Source: Oculina patagonica (taxonomy: Eukaryota). Taken from it: a DNA stretch of 64,000 bases. The translations under genes were made by a program, and so were the position numbers. The notes under the pieces were generated by a model that worked only from the letters and a program-made list of their open reading frames with translations, was not told where the DNA came from and did no database searches. This document shows positions 1 through 13,000 of this stretch, one piece after another. Location: assembly GCF_052425735.1 (NCBI RefSeq), contig NC_135767.1, positions 3,534,001-3,598,000 on the forward strand. The letters run 5' to 3'. The first letter of the stretch is position 1. Every line of letters begins with the position of its first letter.

Positions 1-232
1 GTGGGTCGTTTGGCTCGGTAGTCACTGCTGAGGCAAAAGAGCCACTTAATCAACACACCGAATACTTCCATTGCCGAGCCAAATGAGCCACTAAATCTAC
101 ACTAAGACTTCCACGGCCGAGCCAAACAAGCCACTTAATCTACACACCGTTCAAGACATACATGTAGTGCACATTACAATATTTTCTTGTTCTTTACATG
201 TACATCCACTGCCGAGCGAAACGACCCACCGG
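1..232. repeat. Degenerate ~46-bp tandem repeat with an inverted copy
   Basis: Repeated gccgagccaaa..gccacttaatctacac; 1-22 is a near reverse complement of 208-229. Confidence 0.6.
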
Positions 233-614
233 ATACACCGTCTTCAAAAGTGACCCTGCATTCTGCAGTTGCTCCCGTTTAAAAGCATTATAAAATATTC
301 AAAAGAATTGTGTGCAGTGGGATTGGTTAATTCAGGTTCATTACACAAATGCATAAAGCATGCACCTGAGTGTGTAATGGGCATGCTTTATCAGGTTATA
401 TTCACACAAAAAAAGTTATATTCACAACCTTTTTCGCAAGTTTAAGTGCACACAATTTCTTGCATATTTTGTAATGAGAATTGAGAGTGAACTTGCCTTT
501 GTGCGTTGTTGAGTTACATTGTGAAATTTTAAGAACTGAGAAATGCAAGACGCACTCAACTGTATATTATTTTTCTCCATGCACTTCTCTCATGTTCCTT
601 AAAATTCACAAGTG

Positions 615-779
615 CAGGGATGTTGCTAGCTGCCAGCTAATTTCACTGGCTGAAAGAGAGCTTAAATCCGGCTGAAATTTAGTTTGAAAACAAAGGTACG
701 GTTTTAGAGCTGCCAAGGCCAGAAAGGTCAGCTAGGCTTGATGATGAGCTGGCTTAGTGTTTTCTTAGCTATATCCCTG
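615..779. mobile_element. CAGGG-ended MITE with 6-bp TSD
   Basis: caagtg|cagggatgttgcta..tagctatatccctg|caagtg. Confidence 0.7.
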
Positions 780-974
780 CAAGTGCACTTGATTGTGTTA
801 AACTATTCTCTTATAAACAAAATAGACAGTATACTTGTATAAAATGTGGATGTACATTATACCTTCTGTACATAAAAATAACAGTTTTTAAAATATCTTG
901 CACCAATCTATCATGTACATTATTCATGAATGTTTGTTTAAATTAATGTTATTTTTTTGTTATTTTTATCAAAG

Positions 975-1080
975 GTCAAACACTTTGTTCTCTATGTGGA
1001 ACACTTATGAAAGTCGTCTCCCACAATCTTACTACCAAGAAAAGCTATTGAATACTGGAGACTTCCTGTTTTCTGTCAAG
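975..1080 (+). CDS. CFAP54: CFAP54 exon 1 (numbered within window)
   Basis: aag|g..aag|gtac; SNTLFSMWNTYESRLPQSYYQEKLLNTGDFLFSVK. Confidence 0.88.
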
Positions 1081-4000
1081 GTACAATAATGTTTATTATT
1101 GTTGCTTTATGTAATATTACTAGTCATCATCATCATCATCATCATATTTATTTTACTAAAGCCAATAAGGCAACACACCAACTGTTCAGCGAATAGAAAG
1201 TAAGTACCTGTACATGTATTATGATTTAGGTGTTACAAAGAGTATTGTTTTATTGCGCCTTACCGATGGCAATATGTAACAGTTCAAGATTACCCATCCC
1301 AATTCTTATAGTTTGCGACATACATGTATGGGCTGTAAACTAAGCAGGGTTTTCAAAACAAGGTGGTGACTGCCAGAGTTCTGCCGGCTATTTGATCATA
1401 TGTCACCGGTTACTCTGGTCATACATGTAGCAATCAGCTCACCCCGGAAAGAGCTTATTATAGCACCCCAAATTATACCATACACTGAGTACTCTTACTA
1501 GTCACTTGATGTTACAGAAACTAATATGCTTTTCTAATATCTGGGATTGATACAGAAATTATGTTTGTACATGGATGTGCAGTATTTATTTCATTCATTA
1601 AATGACTACCAGTATATGGTTTTTAATACAAGTTTTCATTTTTTTCCTCAACCTGAAGGAATACAAACTTGCACAGTTCCACTGCTATGGTAGATATCTG
1701 ACAAAACACATTCAGAGGGGACTCACACTTGGAGAAGCTGCTGAACTGGATGCAGATACCTTTTACAAGATACATTTGACAAATGGCTTTGATGAAATGA
1801 CTTCTGCTACTATGGTGGTAGGTACACACTGTACATGTTTATTTACCAGGTACTATTAATAGTAGACATGATTTATCCCATATAGATTTATTGTTGTTTT
1901 ATATTCATTGTCAAACCAGGGTTCTCTCTAGGATTTATTGTTTGGGGGAGAAATCCTGAGTAGTCAAAGGCCACAGGCTTCCTTTGGGGCTCCAGGGGCA
2001 TACCCCTCCCCCCAGAAATTTTTTGAAGTGAATATGCACTGAGATGCAATCTGGTGCATTTTTTTTAGACAAAATTAACATTCTAAGACAGGGGATACCT
2101 ACAGTACTTCATGTACACTAACCTTGTCGCGTCTGGATGAATTTTCCGATATATAGAGGATAATACATGGTTGCGTGAAATTTATTTTCAAGTGTTGAAA
2201 TCGATGTCTTACGAGTGAGCGCAAACCTTCTAATTGAAGGCGTGAGCGCAAGAAATGCACTTTGAGTTTTGGCCAAATTGAAAATTGTCACAAACAACCC
2301 CAAATTTCGCACGCAAGTTCGTTTACGTGTGCTTAACATTGATCTGTATTCAAATTCGCTGGGTCTAGCTTCGTTTTTTAGAAATTATGTAATGCAAAAA
2401 AAAAGGCATTTTGCAAGCTTACGTTCTCCCAGTCAGCTAGCAGTCTGAGTTTTCCAACGCATTGCGTGTACATCTTTCCCTGTAGAGTATTCTAAGCGTC
2501 TACGGAAGGCGAGAAACCATTTAACAAGCATGTCTTCGACTCGCTGCGCATGTTTTTCTTGTTGAGTTGAGTTGAGTAGAGTAGGACTGGATACTGCATT
2601 GTGACGTAAGGTCACATGTTAGAGGCGGAGGAGTTTGAATTGAGCGAAATGGCGCCTGCGAAAGTAAAACGAAGAAGTTCATAGTTTTAGCTCAAGTGCG
2701 GCTGCCAGGTGGTTGAAGGACATCATTAAGTCTGAATACCCGTAAGTTTACAGCATCGCTCGAAGAACTGAGTGATGTTTCTGCCTTTGTTTTGTACAAC
2801 AGCGCTGTTTAGCGCTTCGGAAAAAACGTTGCCCAAAACAAGGTAGTTTAGAGCCTGGCCGCATAGAAGGCCTAAAAACCCGCTTGGGTTCTGCCGCGAC
2901 AAAGTTGCCGAGAAGTGACCTGGTTCTTTATAGGTTTGGCAGGGGACCTCCCCTTGCAAAATTTTTTTCTGTGCCTCATTAAATATTCATCAATCAATAA
3001 ATCAATCAATCGATTCGTGCCTTAGTTTATCTTGTTTTCGCGGGATTTTGTAGATGTGTGATGATGTAAGGAGTGGAGATAGAAGTGAGAGCAAGCTGGC
3101 GGCACTTAACTGAAAGCAAAACTAGTATAATGTGACAACACGAGCAAACGTATTCAATCAACAAACAGTCTTTATTTCACTTTCACCTCGGCAAATTACA
3201 GCTAATGGTAACAGAGTAAAATAGTCTTGCCCGAAACAACAGAAACTAGCTAACCGCAAGCAGACGGCAGAAAAAGCTAGCTGCAAGCAAACTGGCGTGA
3301 AAGCTTACTGCATTAAAAGCGCGATCTAAAGGTTGAGGCTGACTCTGATCCTGAACTTAACTTGAAACGGCTTAACCCTAATCCCTTGGGGTTAGTGTTA
3401 AGTTTTTTTTGTTTTGTTTTTTGCGTTAGGGCTAGGCTTTTGCGTTAGGGCTAAGTCTGTAACCCTAATCTGAAACTCTAACCCCGACCCTACGGCCTTG
3501 GGGTTACCTTTTGCGTTAGGGCAAGGACTGGAACCCTAAAAATTTAGCTGACTTCATCGTCTTGAGAAACAAAAGGTTTCCTTTGTTTATCGTTTGTAAA
3601 AGAAAAGTCAAAAGACACCGCGCCAGCAAAAACCTTGTCTTTTTGCATGTGTTATTTTTCGAAAACGAAGGAAAGACCAGCAAAATTAAATACAGGGCAG
3701 TGTTGAGCACACGTAAACGAACTTGCGTGCGAAATTTGGAGTTGTTTGTGACAATTTTCAATTTGGCCAAAACTCAAAGTGCGTTTCTTGCGCTCATGCC
3801 TTCAATTACAATGTTTTTGATGATTTTCCGAAGATTTCCAACAATTTTCCGAAGATTTTAAAAATTTTGTCCGTAGGTCGTACGAATGTTTCCGAACATT
3901 TTCCGAAAATTTCCGAAGATTGCCGAGGAAGATCCGAAGATGTTTCAACTTAATATCGATGAACTTTGGCTCATAGAGCATTCAAACATGGCAAACTCTG

Positions 4001-7000
4001 CGAGCTGATTGGTCAAAAATGCTATCACATGTGTGCAGGATATCATTTTTATCCACACATGTGTGATACCATTTTTACCGAATGGTAATGAAGGTGTAGT
4101 GATCATTCTTGAAGTGACGTGTTTCCCTCACTCGACCACTCGCTCACTCCATTCTGATATTAAACCGCAATTAATTCATGCATTTAACGGTGAACGTGCT
4201 GACAGAAAGGTTCTATAAAAACGCCATTCAATGCATGTTTAAACAAATTATTCTCCAACCTCGTTCCCAGGGTCTCTCTCTTTCAGGGAACTAAATTGAA
4301 TTTTCACAAAACAAATCGAAAGAGGATCAGTTACACGTATCCTCTGGTGATAAAAGAGAATAGAATCCGCTCTACGAAGCCTCAGAGCATAGGACTCATA
4401 GGCTATCAATGACCCATTCACGTAAGAAAACATTCAAAGACGCGTTTTAGTAAACACAACATTCATGCACGTTTTTGTTTCGCGTCACATCATCTTCGTG
4501 TCACGTCATCCGTTCTTCATTTTTTTGAGTCGTGCAGAAACGCGCATCTTTCTCTCAAATTTTATTCGCTGCTCAAAATAACGCTATACGTACTGGCAGA
4601 AAAGTAAACATATTCACAAAACAAATTTACTTAACGCTAAAAAGGATCAAAGGTTACACTTTAATATTTTTGTGATGAAATAGAATTCGCGCTACGAAGC
4701 CTGAGGGCACGAACTATCATGACGCAATTCCCATGGAAAAATAAAACATTCACAGGGAAATAAAGTGAGACTGTGTTACATTATTGAACGCTTATTTAAA
4801 GAAAAAAGCTATCAATGAATCTATCAATGACCCATTCACGCAAGAAAAAAATTAAAGGCAAATTAAGTGAGATTGTGACATTACTGAAAGCAGCTATGAA
4901 CTACATATAGTTACGCTTAAATTGTTATAAAAAATTCTTACGCTCGCCATGCGACGTGTTTTAGTTAACACCACATCAACGGCACGTTTTTGTTTCGCGT
5001 CACGCCACCTCGTGTCACGTAATCCGTTTTTCATCTTTTTGAGTCGAGCAGATACACGAAGTGCTCGGGCGTATCTTTTCTCTCAAATTTTATCCGCTGC
5101 TCAAAAATAACGCTATACGTGCTGACAGAAAAGTAAACATATTCACAAAAACAAAAGGATCAAAGATAATACACTGACCGGTAAATATTTTAGTTGTGAA
5201 AACTGAATAGCGCTACGACGCCTGAGAGCAGGAGTCATCAATGACGCAACTCACGTGGAAAAATAAAGCAAAGTGAGATTGCTTTTATTAGTTTATTGGA
5301 CACTTATTTAGAAAAAAATACGGAGGTCGGCACTTCATTCATCGAATTACCATGAGGTTGCTCGAAGAGCCTTTGATTATCAATTTGCTACCACTCGCTA
5401 TACCACTGCAGTTTATATAATAAAGTTACTTAATATACATGTACACTGTAATGTAAACAATAATTTTTGGGGGGAAGCTAGGCATTTTTTTGGGGGGGGG
5501 GGAGGGGGCTTCTAACCCTCAAATACCCTAGATAGAACCCTGCAAACATTACCATACACCAGAACAAAGGAAAATACCAAATTGTACCAAGGGTAAAATG
5601 GAACCACAGCATAAGCACCTCCCTCCCCCTCCTCCCTTCTAAGCACACACAGAATGCGTATTTTAGGCTGGCTAAAAGTTTGTTTATTTGGTGGTTACAG
5701 CTGAGGTCAGCTCTTGGTGAAGCAATTTGTTTTTATCATGTAAGCAGTGCTGAGGATCCTAAACTACAGGCAAGTACAACAATATTTAAACTACATGAGT
5801 TGTTTTTTTGTTATTTTTATAAACTTGTTATGTAAATTATTAATATTTCAACCTATACATGTAAACCTGTTTTAGTGTTGGCCTTTCATGATATGTTTCC
5901 TAAGGTTCATACAGTAATAATTTGTTTGGTCTTTTTAGCTCAATACTGTGCCCTTAGCTTTGTGTAACTAGATCTCTTTTTTTCTACTTTAGAATCCTGA
6001 TGTTGTATCTTGCTGTGTGGCAGCTTTGAAAGTTTTACGCTTGACAACTCAAACATCGCTTCACAAAGAGGAATTGTGCTGGCTGGTCTTTAATGGTAAC
6101 TATGATTATTGTTTTGAATTGAGCTACAAAAACATGTACACCTGTACAGCATACATGTATCTATATCTTTGTTGGAAAAGGTACAATGACTGCTACATTG
6201 CATAGTACATGTAAGTTGTAAGTTGCATTAAAGACACCTAAAAATCGAGCTGTGCATTTCTTTTGAAATACATCAATTACATGTATGCTGTACCTGTAAG
6301 TTAGTTCATTAACTTGTCATGTGAATAATTATGCTGGGTTTTTCCAGGCACGGTGCATATTTACTCCATCTGCAGACATCTAATGGCTTGTGGACACAGT
6401 AGTAAGGTGAGAATCAGTGACCATCTTAGTTTCTTGCCCCCGGGTGGGGGATAGGGCTAGGAGGAGCAGTGACCAGTTACCAGCAATTCTACCATTTAAC
6501 CAACAATATTTATTTTTGTTGTTTTTTTTATTTCATCAGGCTTTGGAGTTCCTTCTTTGGGCTTGCATGTGTCTAGAATCCTCCATCCCTCTTCTCACTG
6601 TAAAATACCTGACATGGCGCAGCACCTTATACACGGCTGTGTGCCAGTGTTACTTTGACCTTAAGGTGCCTATACATGCCGAAGCATTTGCCAAAAGAGG
6701 CCTGACAAAGGTAAATGAGCTGAGTGACATTGAGAAGATGAGTACATCAGAGGCAACTCCAGAGACTGAAGCAGCATTTCGTCAGGCCAAGACGAAGATG
6801 CAAGTCATGATATTCAAGAGGGTGGTGTTTGAAACTCGTAAGAGACCCAAGGGTCTGCTGAGACCTAAAACTAAACCCAACCTCAAGGATTTTGCTCATG
6901 TAAGTATGAAGTAAAGGAGTAGTACATGTAAAGTAGTTGATTATACGTCAGGGCAATACATGTACATGGAACACAAAGTACATTTGCAATCATGTTCAAG

Positions 7001-10000
7001 TAAAAATAGGTCAGGGGTAGAAACAACAGCTGTTAAATTTTGTCACCAATCAATTTTTTCAGCCAAAAATAAAATAAAATAGCAATAAATTAAAGGAAGA
7101 GGAAGGGGCCTTTTGGAAAATACTTTCTGTCTTAGAAAACAATTTCCCCTAGTTTCATCCTTGGTATATGGAGATCATGCCGTCATGCATTACAAACCAT
7201 TATACACTGTGAAACAAACCCAGAGTAGTCTCCAAGGGAAGAAGGGTTCTTATACATGTATAGTGTTTTCCAAAACAATTAACTAAATCTTTCTCTTTCC
7301 CTTGTGTTTGCAGCATGCATGGCCACGAACACCCACTGAACGTCTTATGACAGACCTGCAAGGCACAGCTGCCAAGTTTTTGGCAATATTAGAAGCCCTC
7401 AGTGAGACACACAGACGCACACTTCACTGTGAAGCGCCAGCTCCAGATGCAGAGGACACAGCTATTGATGTGTGTGCAGAGCTGTTTTTTGCAGGGATGG
7501 AAATTATTGCTGGTGGTGGAGGAACAAAACAGTCTCATGTGGTAAAACATGAGGGAGGAATTCACCCTTCTGTCTGGGAACTGCAGAACACTTCACTGAT
7601 GGAGCTTGTGGCCAAAGGTACTCTATGATACATTCAATATTTGTTTTATTAAAATCTTCCCAAAATGTTTTGTCTATCTCAGTAGAAGTTACTGAGTTTT
7701 AAAAAGTATTCTTATCTCAAGACATGCCCAATACGTTTTGTGAGATTAAATGTCGATTTTGTTTTTCCTCCTCCTCCTTCTCCTTCTCCTCCTCCTCTCC
7801 TCCTTTTCTCATCCTACCTCCTCTCCCCTCTCCTGAGTTGCCGTGCTTATCATCCTCCTCCTTGACCCTCCACCCTTCTCCTGTCTCATTTTTCCTCCCT
7901 TATGCTGGATTTCCACTGACACGTAATTTTTTACGTGCATTTACGTGCGTGAAAAAAATTAGAGACAATGTATGAAGAACTTGCATTCACATTTACCCAA
8001 GTCCTTCATACATTGTCTCTAATTTTTTCATGCACATAAACGCACATAAAAAATTACGCGTCAGTGGAAATCCACCTTTAAGCTTGTTGTGGTATGGCCC
8101 TATTCTCCCAGAGGAGACTTAGGATTCAGATGAAGCTTGTTGTTGTCATTGTGATCATTGTCATGATCACCGTCATCATTGTCATCATCATCATCTTCAT
8201 CATCATCGTCATCATTATCGTCATCATCATCGACAACAACAACGTGGCCACATGCATGCATACTCAGTATTAGTAATAAAGTAACAAAGGACATCACCAC
8301 GCAAGTAACTGTCTCATTTACATGTATATTGCTTTATAGGTGAGAATGGTGTGCCTCTTCCTGCTCTTGTCAAATTTGTCAAGTATGCTTTCAGTTATGA
8401 ACAGTGGGAGCCATTTGGCATCCTCATTGAGCCCACACTTCAGCTTCTTCAGGAACAGAGTGACATTAATAGCTTAGTGGACATTAAAACTCTGCAGCTG
8501 ATGCTGGCTTTGGAGCCATTTTACAACAATGTAAAGAAACCAAAGAAAACACCAGCTCACACGGATGAAGGGGAGACAGCTGCCCACACACATGGTGGGT
8601 GTAACAGAATAATAATATGCAGTATTTTTAGGCGGTGACGCCTATATGTTATGGCCCGGTGGACGGGTTTACGATTACTCCAACCGAGTAGCACTGGGAA
8701 CTAGGCACTTTGTTGTTTACTCAGTTTCGGTTCGCCATCTTTGATTGTCAATGAGTATGAATCAACTTTAAGAGCATCCATCGGCAAAACGCGTTTGATT
8801 TCTAACGTACAGTTAAACGGAGTTTTGGGGTCAGGGGAGAATGATGTACTGGATAATTGTGAGCTCGCTTAAAGAACTTTTTTACCGTTGTACGTGTATT
8901 CGAAGTCGGCATACGTGATGGCAGACTAAGTTGACTGATGTCGAATTTGGCGAGTGAAGGCCGGTTAGTGTCATAACTTTTGAAACCTTTCCAAAAGAGA
9001 GACCGATGGCAGCAGTATCTTGATTAGATTGCAGTGGTGAGCTATCTGAAATCATTGTTTTGACGTGCATTGTTGTCGATAATATTTAACTTTTCCCTTC
9101 GTTGATAATATTTATTCGGGTATTTATCTCAAGCCATTAAAAATAACACAGTGACGGTATCCATATTCCTATTTGTACGAGAAGCCAGAGTTCAGAAAGA
9201 ACTTCTACCCTATTGCTGATTTAGCTGATCTAAAATGTTTTGTTTGATAAGTTGCATAAATGCATGTAAGTGATTCTAGTAAGCGGTGTTGACTTCATTA
9301 CATTTCAGACCATTTCAATACGGAAATGTCACACAATCTTCAGTATCGATTAGGTGTGGAAATCAATCCTGGGCCTTTCTGTTGCTAAATGACGAAGTTC
9401 ATAATGATTTAATGTATTTATCTTATCATACTGTAGGTTTGTAATGTATTGGAGGTTCGTTTTGTAGTCAAGGCAAATAAAAATTAAAATCAATAAGAAA
9501 AATGCAATTTCTGGGATCATTGTAAAGCGTCATCGCCTGTGCATGCATGTATGCGTGCCGGTTATTTAAAAAAACCATAACGATGTGTTGTTCCAGAAAA
9601 TATCCATACCTCCCCCACAGAAGGTTTTTTTGGTTTGATCCTCCTGACCCCTCTGGAAATTCCAGTTTAGCTTGTTCATACAGTACTTTCCTTTAAAAGT
9701 TTTGGCTTTTGAGACCCCACAACCCCTTGGAATTTCCAATAACCTTCCGTGGTGGGGTATGGATATTTTCTGAAACCACACAATATAAAAAAGTTATCAT
9801 AATCCCGTAGGTGACACAGGGTGCAATTGGGGCCTTAAGTACTTGGTTAAATTGTCTGCAGGCCACTTCCCTATACAAGACAAGTACACTTAGCCGGTGA
9901 CTCTCTGAGTGCTTCTCTCTACCCCTAGGGGCATAAATGTAGATTATTTACAGTTATTGGAGTGCTGTAATTTACCTTTCTTTATTTTTCTCAGTATAAC

Positions 10001-13000
10001 ATACATGTATGTAACTTAGTACTGTTTTCAAATATTGCTTAGTTTCTTACTCTTAAATTATTTTCAAATTAATTGAATATGGAGGTACATAACTAGAAAT
10101 GTTTATGTTCAGAATGTGCAGAAATAATGACTGGCACCTATCACGCAGTTATGAATGCCTGTGATGCACACAGAGAGCTATCTAGCTGTACATAGCCTTT
10201 TGTATGCTCTGTGGGCGCACATAATTGATGCTAATCAATAATATAAACCTACAGTACTTTATTTTGTAATTTTTCAAACTATAAGCTAAAATATTTACAT
10301 AGTCAATGAACATTTCTTCACAGGGAAGAGTGGTAGTGCACTTGAAGAGCTGACTCATCTGGCTGATGTTATTCAGTCCTGCTCTGAAGAACCTTTTAAG
10401 GTTAGTTCTTAATTTTTCTGGAGTATTTAATTTTCAAACCTTGAGCCTTCTTTCAATTGTAGGTCAGCATGCATATGGTAGTTCAGTGGTTAGTGCACTG
10501 GACTTCAGTTACTCTCTCAAACTAGGAGTGTTAAGGATAGCATTTAAATTCCAACTTTTTACTTCAGTAATTACTTACCAATAGTTTCAAAAAGTACATG
10601 TAGTAAGCTACAGTGGAACCCTGATTTAACCAACCCCTCAATAACAAGTCCTCAGTATAACAAACAATCGTTATGGTCTTTGCCCAGTTATAGCAAATTT
10701 AATGTATGGAAAAGAGCCTTGATTTAACAAAACCCCTTTATAATGAGCAAATGTTGCCTGAGTTTCTTGGCCCTTCGCTATACATTTGAGGTTTACTGTA
10801 ACAAGTTGGAGGATAGAAATTAAGATATACATGTAAAGGACTGCCATCTGATGATAATGTAAACCCTGGAATGCTAATCTAGACCAGATGATGCCAGTTT
10901 AGAAAAGAATTTAAAGGTTACTTTTGCACAGCAGGTTAAATGATATAAAGATATAAAATGTAAGTTCACAAAGAAAACTCAGACAGAGAAAAATCTTCCA
11001 TTCTAATTATCGGTACATTGCATCTTCTTTTCTCAGTCGGCTATCCTTATGAAAGACAATGACATGATGGTGGATGCTGCTCTGTTTCTCTGGTCAAAGT
11101 GCAAGCCTCATTTTCAAAGAATCATGTCCTCATCTTTGGAGAACTGCAAACAGCTGTTAAATGATGTCTTTGTAAATCGGGTAAGTTCACTTGATAACTT
11201 GTAAACAAATTACAGAACTTAATTTACCTTAAGCTTTCTACTGTTGCCCAAGTCATGTAGCTACTTGTGGACTGTGGTTATACAGAGGGCTGATGCAAAA
11301 AACACATGTATTTCAGCCAAGGTTGTGCTTAACCTGCAAAGAGAACTTCCTACAATGTATCCCAATAAGGAACCTAGGCCTGTTCACCAGGCTACACTGT
11401 AGGTCATGCTATTCAGACCTGTATTTTTTAAATACAATTTTATTATGTCATGTCAAACTGAGTGATAAATACATGTATGTACATGTACCATTATGAACCA
11501 AAGGTTGTACAGTTAAGCTTGACTTGGGTGCATTTATTGTCCAAGACAGGGTGGTTGGTCGGGTGGGTGAGTGGCATCAGGGTGGTGCATCAACATTGTA
11601 GAAGTACACTTTTTAGACTAAATATCTTATGGTAAGCAATTGAGTTTGCATTTTAAACCTTTTTCTACCCAAAGTAATGGGTATTTTTATTGGAAGGGCA
11701 GGGAGGGATGGAGGTTAAAGGCACGATTGATTGGCATCCCAATTTAAAGAAGTACATGTACTTACGTACTACTGCTACTCCCAATTTCCTGATGGTTATC
11801 CTGGCCTCTACCCTTATGTTAACTTGTTACTCTCACAGTGCCAGTCCCAGGTGTATATTAAATGCATGTACAACCTGTAGTTCCCTGCAAAAAAAATTAA
11901 AGGGATAGCCTGCCGTGATCTTCTATTCATCCATGGGAAGAAATAACAGTCCTAGTTTTTTGTTATATGAGAAACTATGTCATGTTCGTTAAACTCACCC
12001 ACATGAATCACTCAAATCGTGGCCATTTCTCTTCCTTTCCAGTGGCTGTACATTCTGACCGTGGTGCACACAGCTCTCTCCTGGAGTAATGCTTCCAGTT
12101 TTGATCCCATCCTTAGTGCTGAAGTGACGCTGAAGTTCTCCTTACTGTTGGAATGTAAAGCCCGTCTCACTGATCACTCCAGGGCTGGCAGTGCAGACAT
12201 ACATTTCGCAGAAACACCAGCAGCGACTGTCTCCCCAGAGCATGTGGACACTAAACAGGTTGGAAGCTTGTCCATAGTGAAATGTCTGCCATCGTGATAC
12301 ATTTTGCAGCATTTCCACTAACTATTAAAATGTTATAAATTGCTCCCTTAATTCACCAAACCGTGTCTTATCCAGTGGCGGATCTACCTTATCCTTTGGA
12401 CAAACTAGGACCTGAAGGGCCTTAGTTTGTTATCTGCCACCAGCTATCATACATAAATTGTTGTGTAAAAGCTGCTAAGCAAATAATTTATTAATAATAA
12501 TATAAATTGTATTATTTATTCATCACTTTTTGGAAACTTTTACACATACATGTAATGCTGTCATGAAAAACTTCTGCTGAACTCTCAAATGATAATCGAA
12601 CTGTTTTGAAATGGTCAATGATGCAAGAATCCATGACTGAAACTATCGACCAATTTGCAGGAAGAGTTGAAACACTCATTTAAGACATTTTCAAATAGCT
12701 ACCTGTGGAGTCCATTATTTATGTTGTCTGAATTTCGGAGTACATTCAAACCTGTAAGCAACAACTTTGAAAGGGGGGAGGGATCAGGATAAAATTATTT
12801 GTTTAGTTCATCCAATAAGGACATCGTTTTTCTTTTTTGCCAAAAAATGTTATTTATTTTGCAAGTTGTTGTTACAATACTCTGGACTTGCAAAACATCA
12901 GTAAATTTACTTATTTTTGTTTCCAATTGTGTAGGAGAAAACTGAAGCAGAGGCACCAGAGAAGCCTGCTACTGGAGCTGGGCCTCTGAGAAGTCTGTTT

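Larger units (their letters stand above)
1917..5542. mobile_element. CAGGG-ended non-autonomous DNA transposon (hAT5-like), 5-bp TSD, expanded by nested insertions
   Basis: caaac|cagggttctctctagg..cctagatagaaccctg|caaac. Confidence 0.7.

Noticed and set aside
2118-3861. Two ORFs with near-identical peptides on opposite strands
   Set aside because: They are the two arms of a terminal inverted repeat; no transposase motifs.
8100-8300. Poly-Asp ORF on the minus strand
   Set aside because: Translation of the (TCA)n microsatellite.
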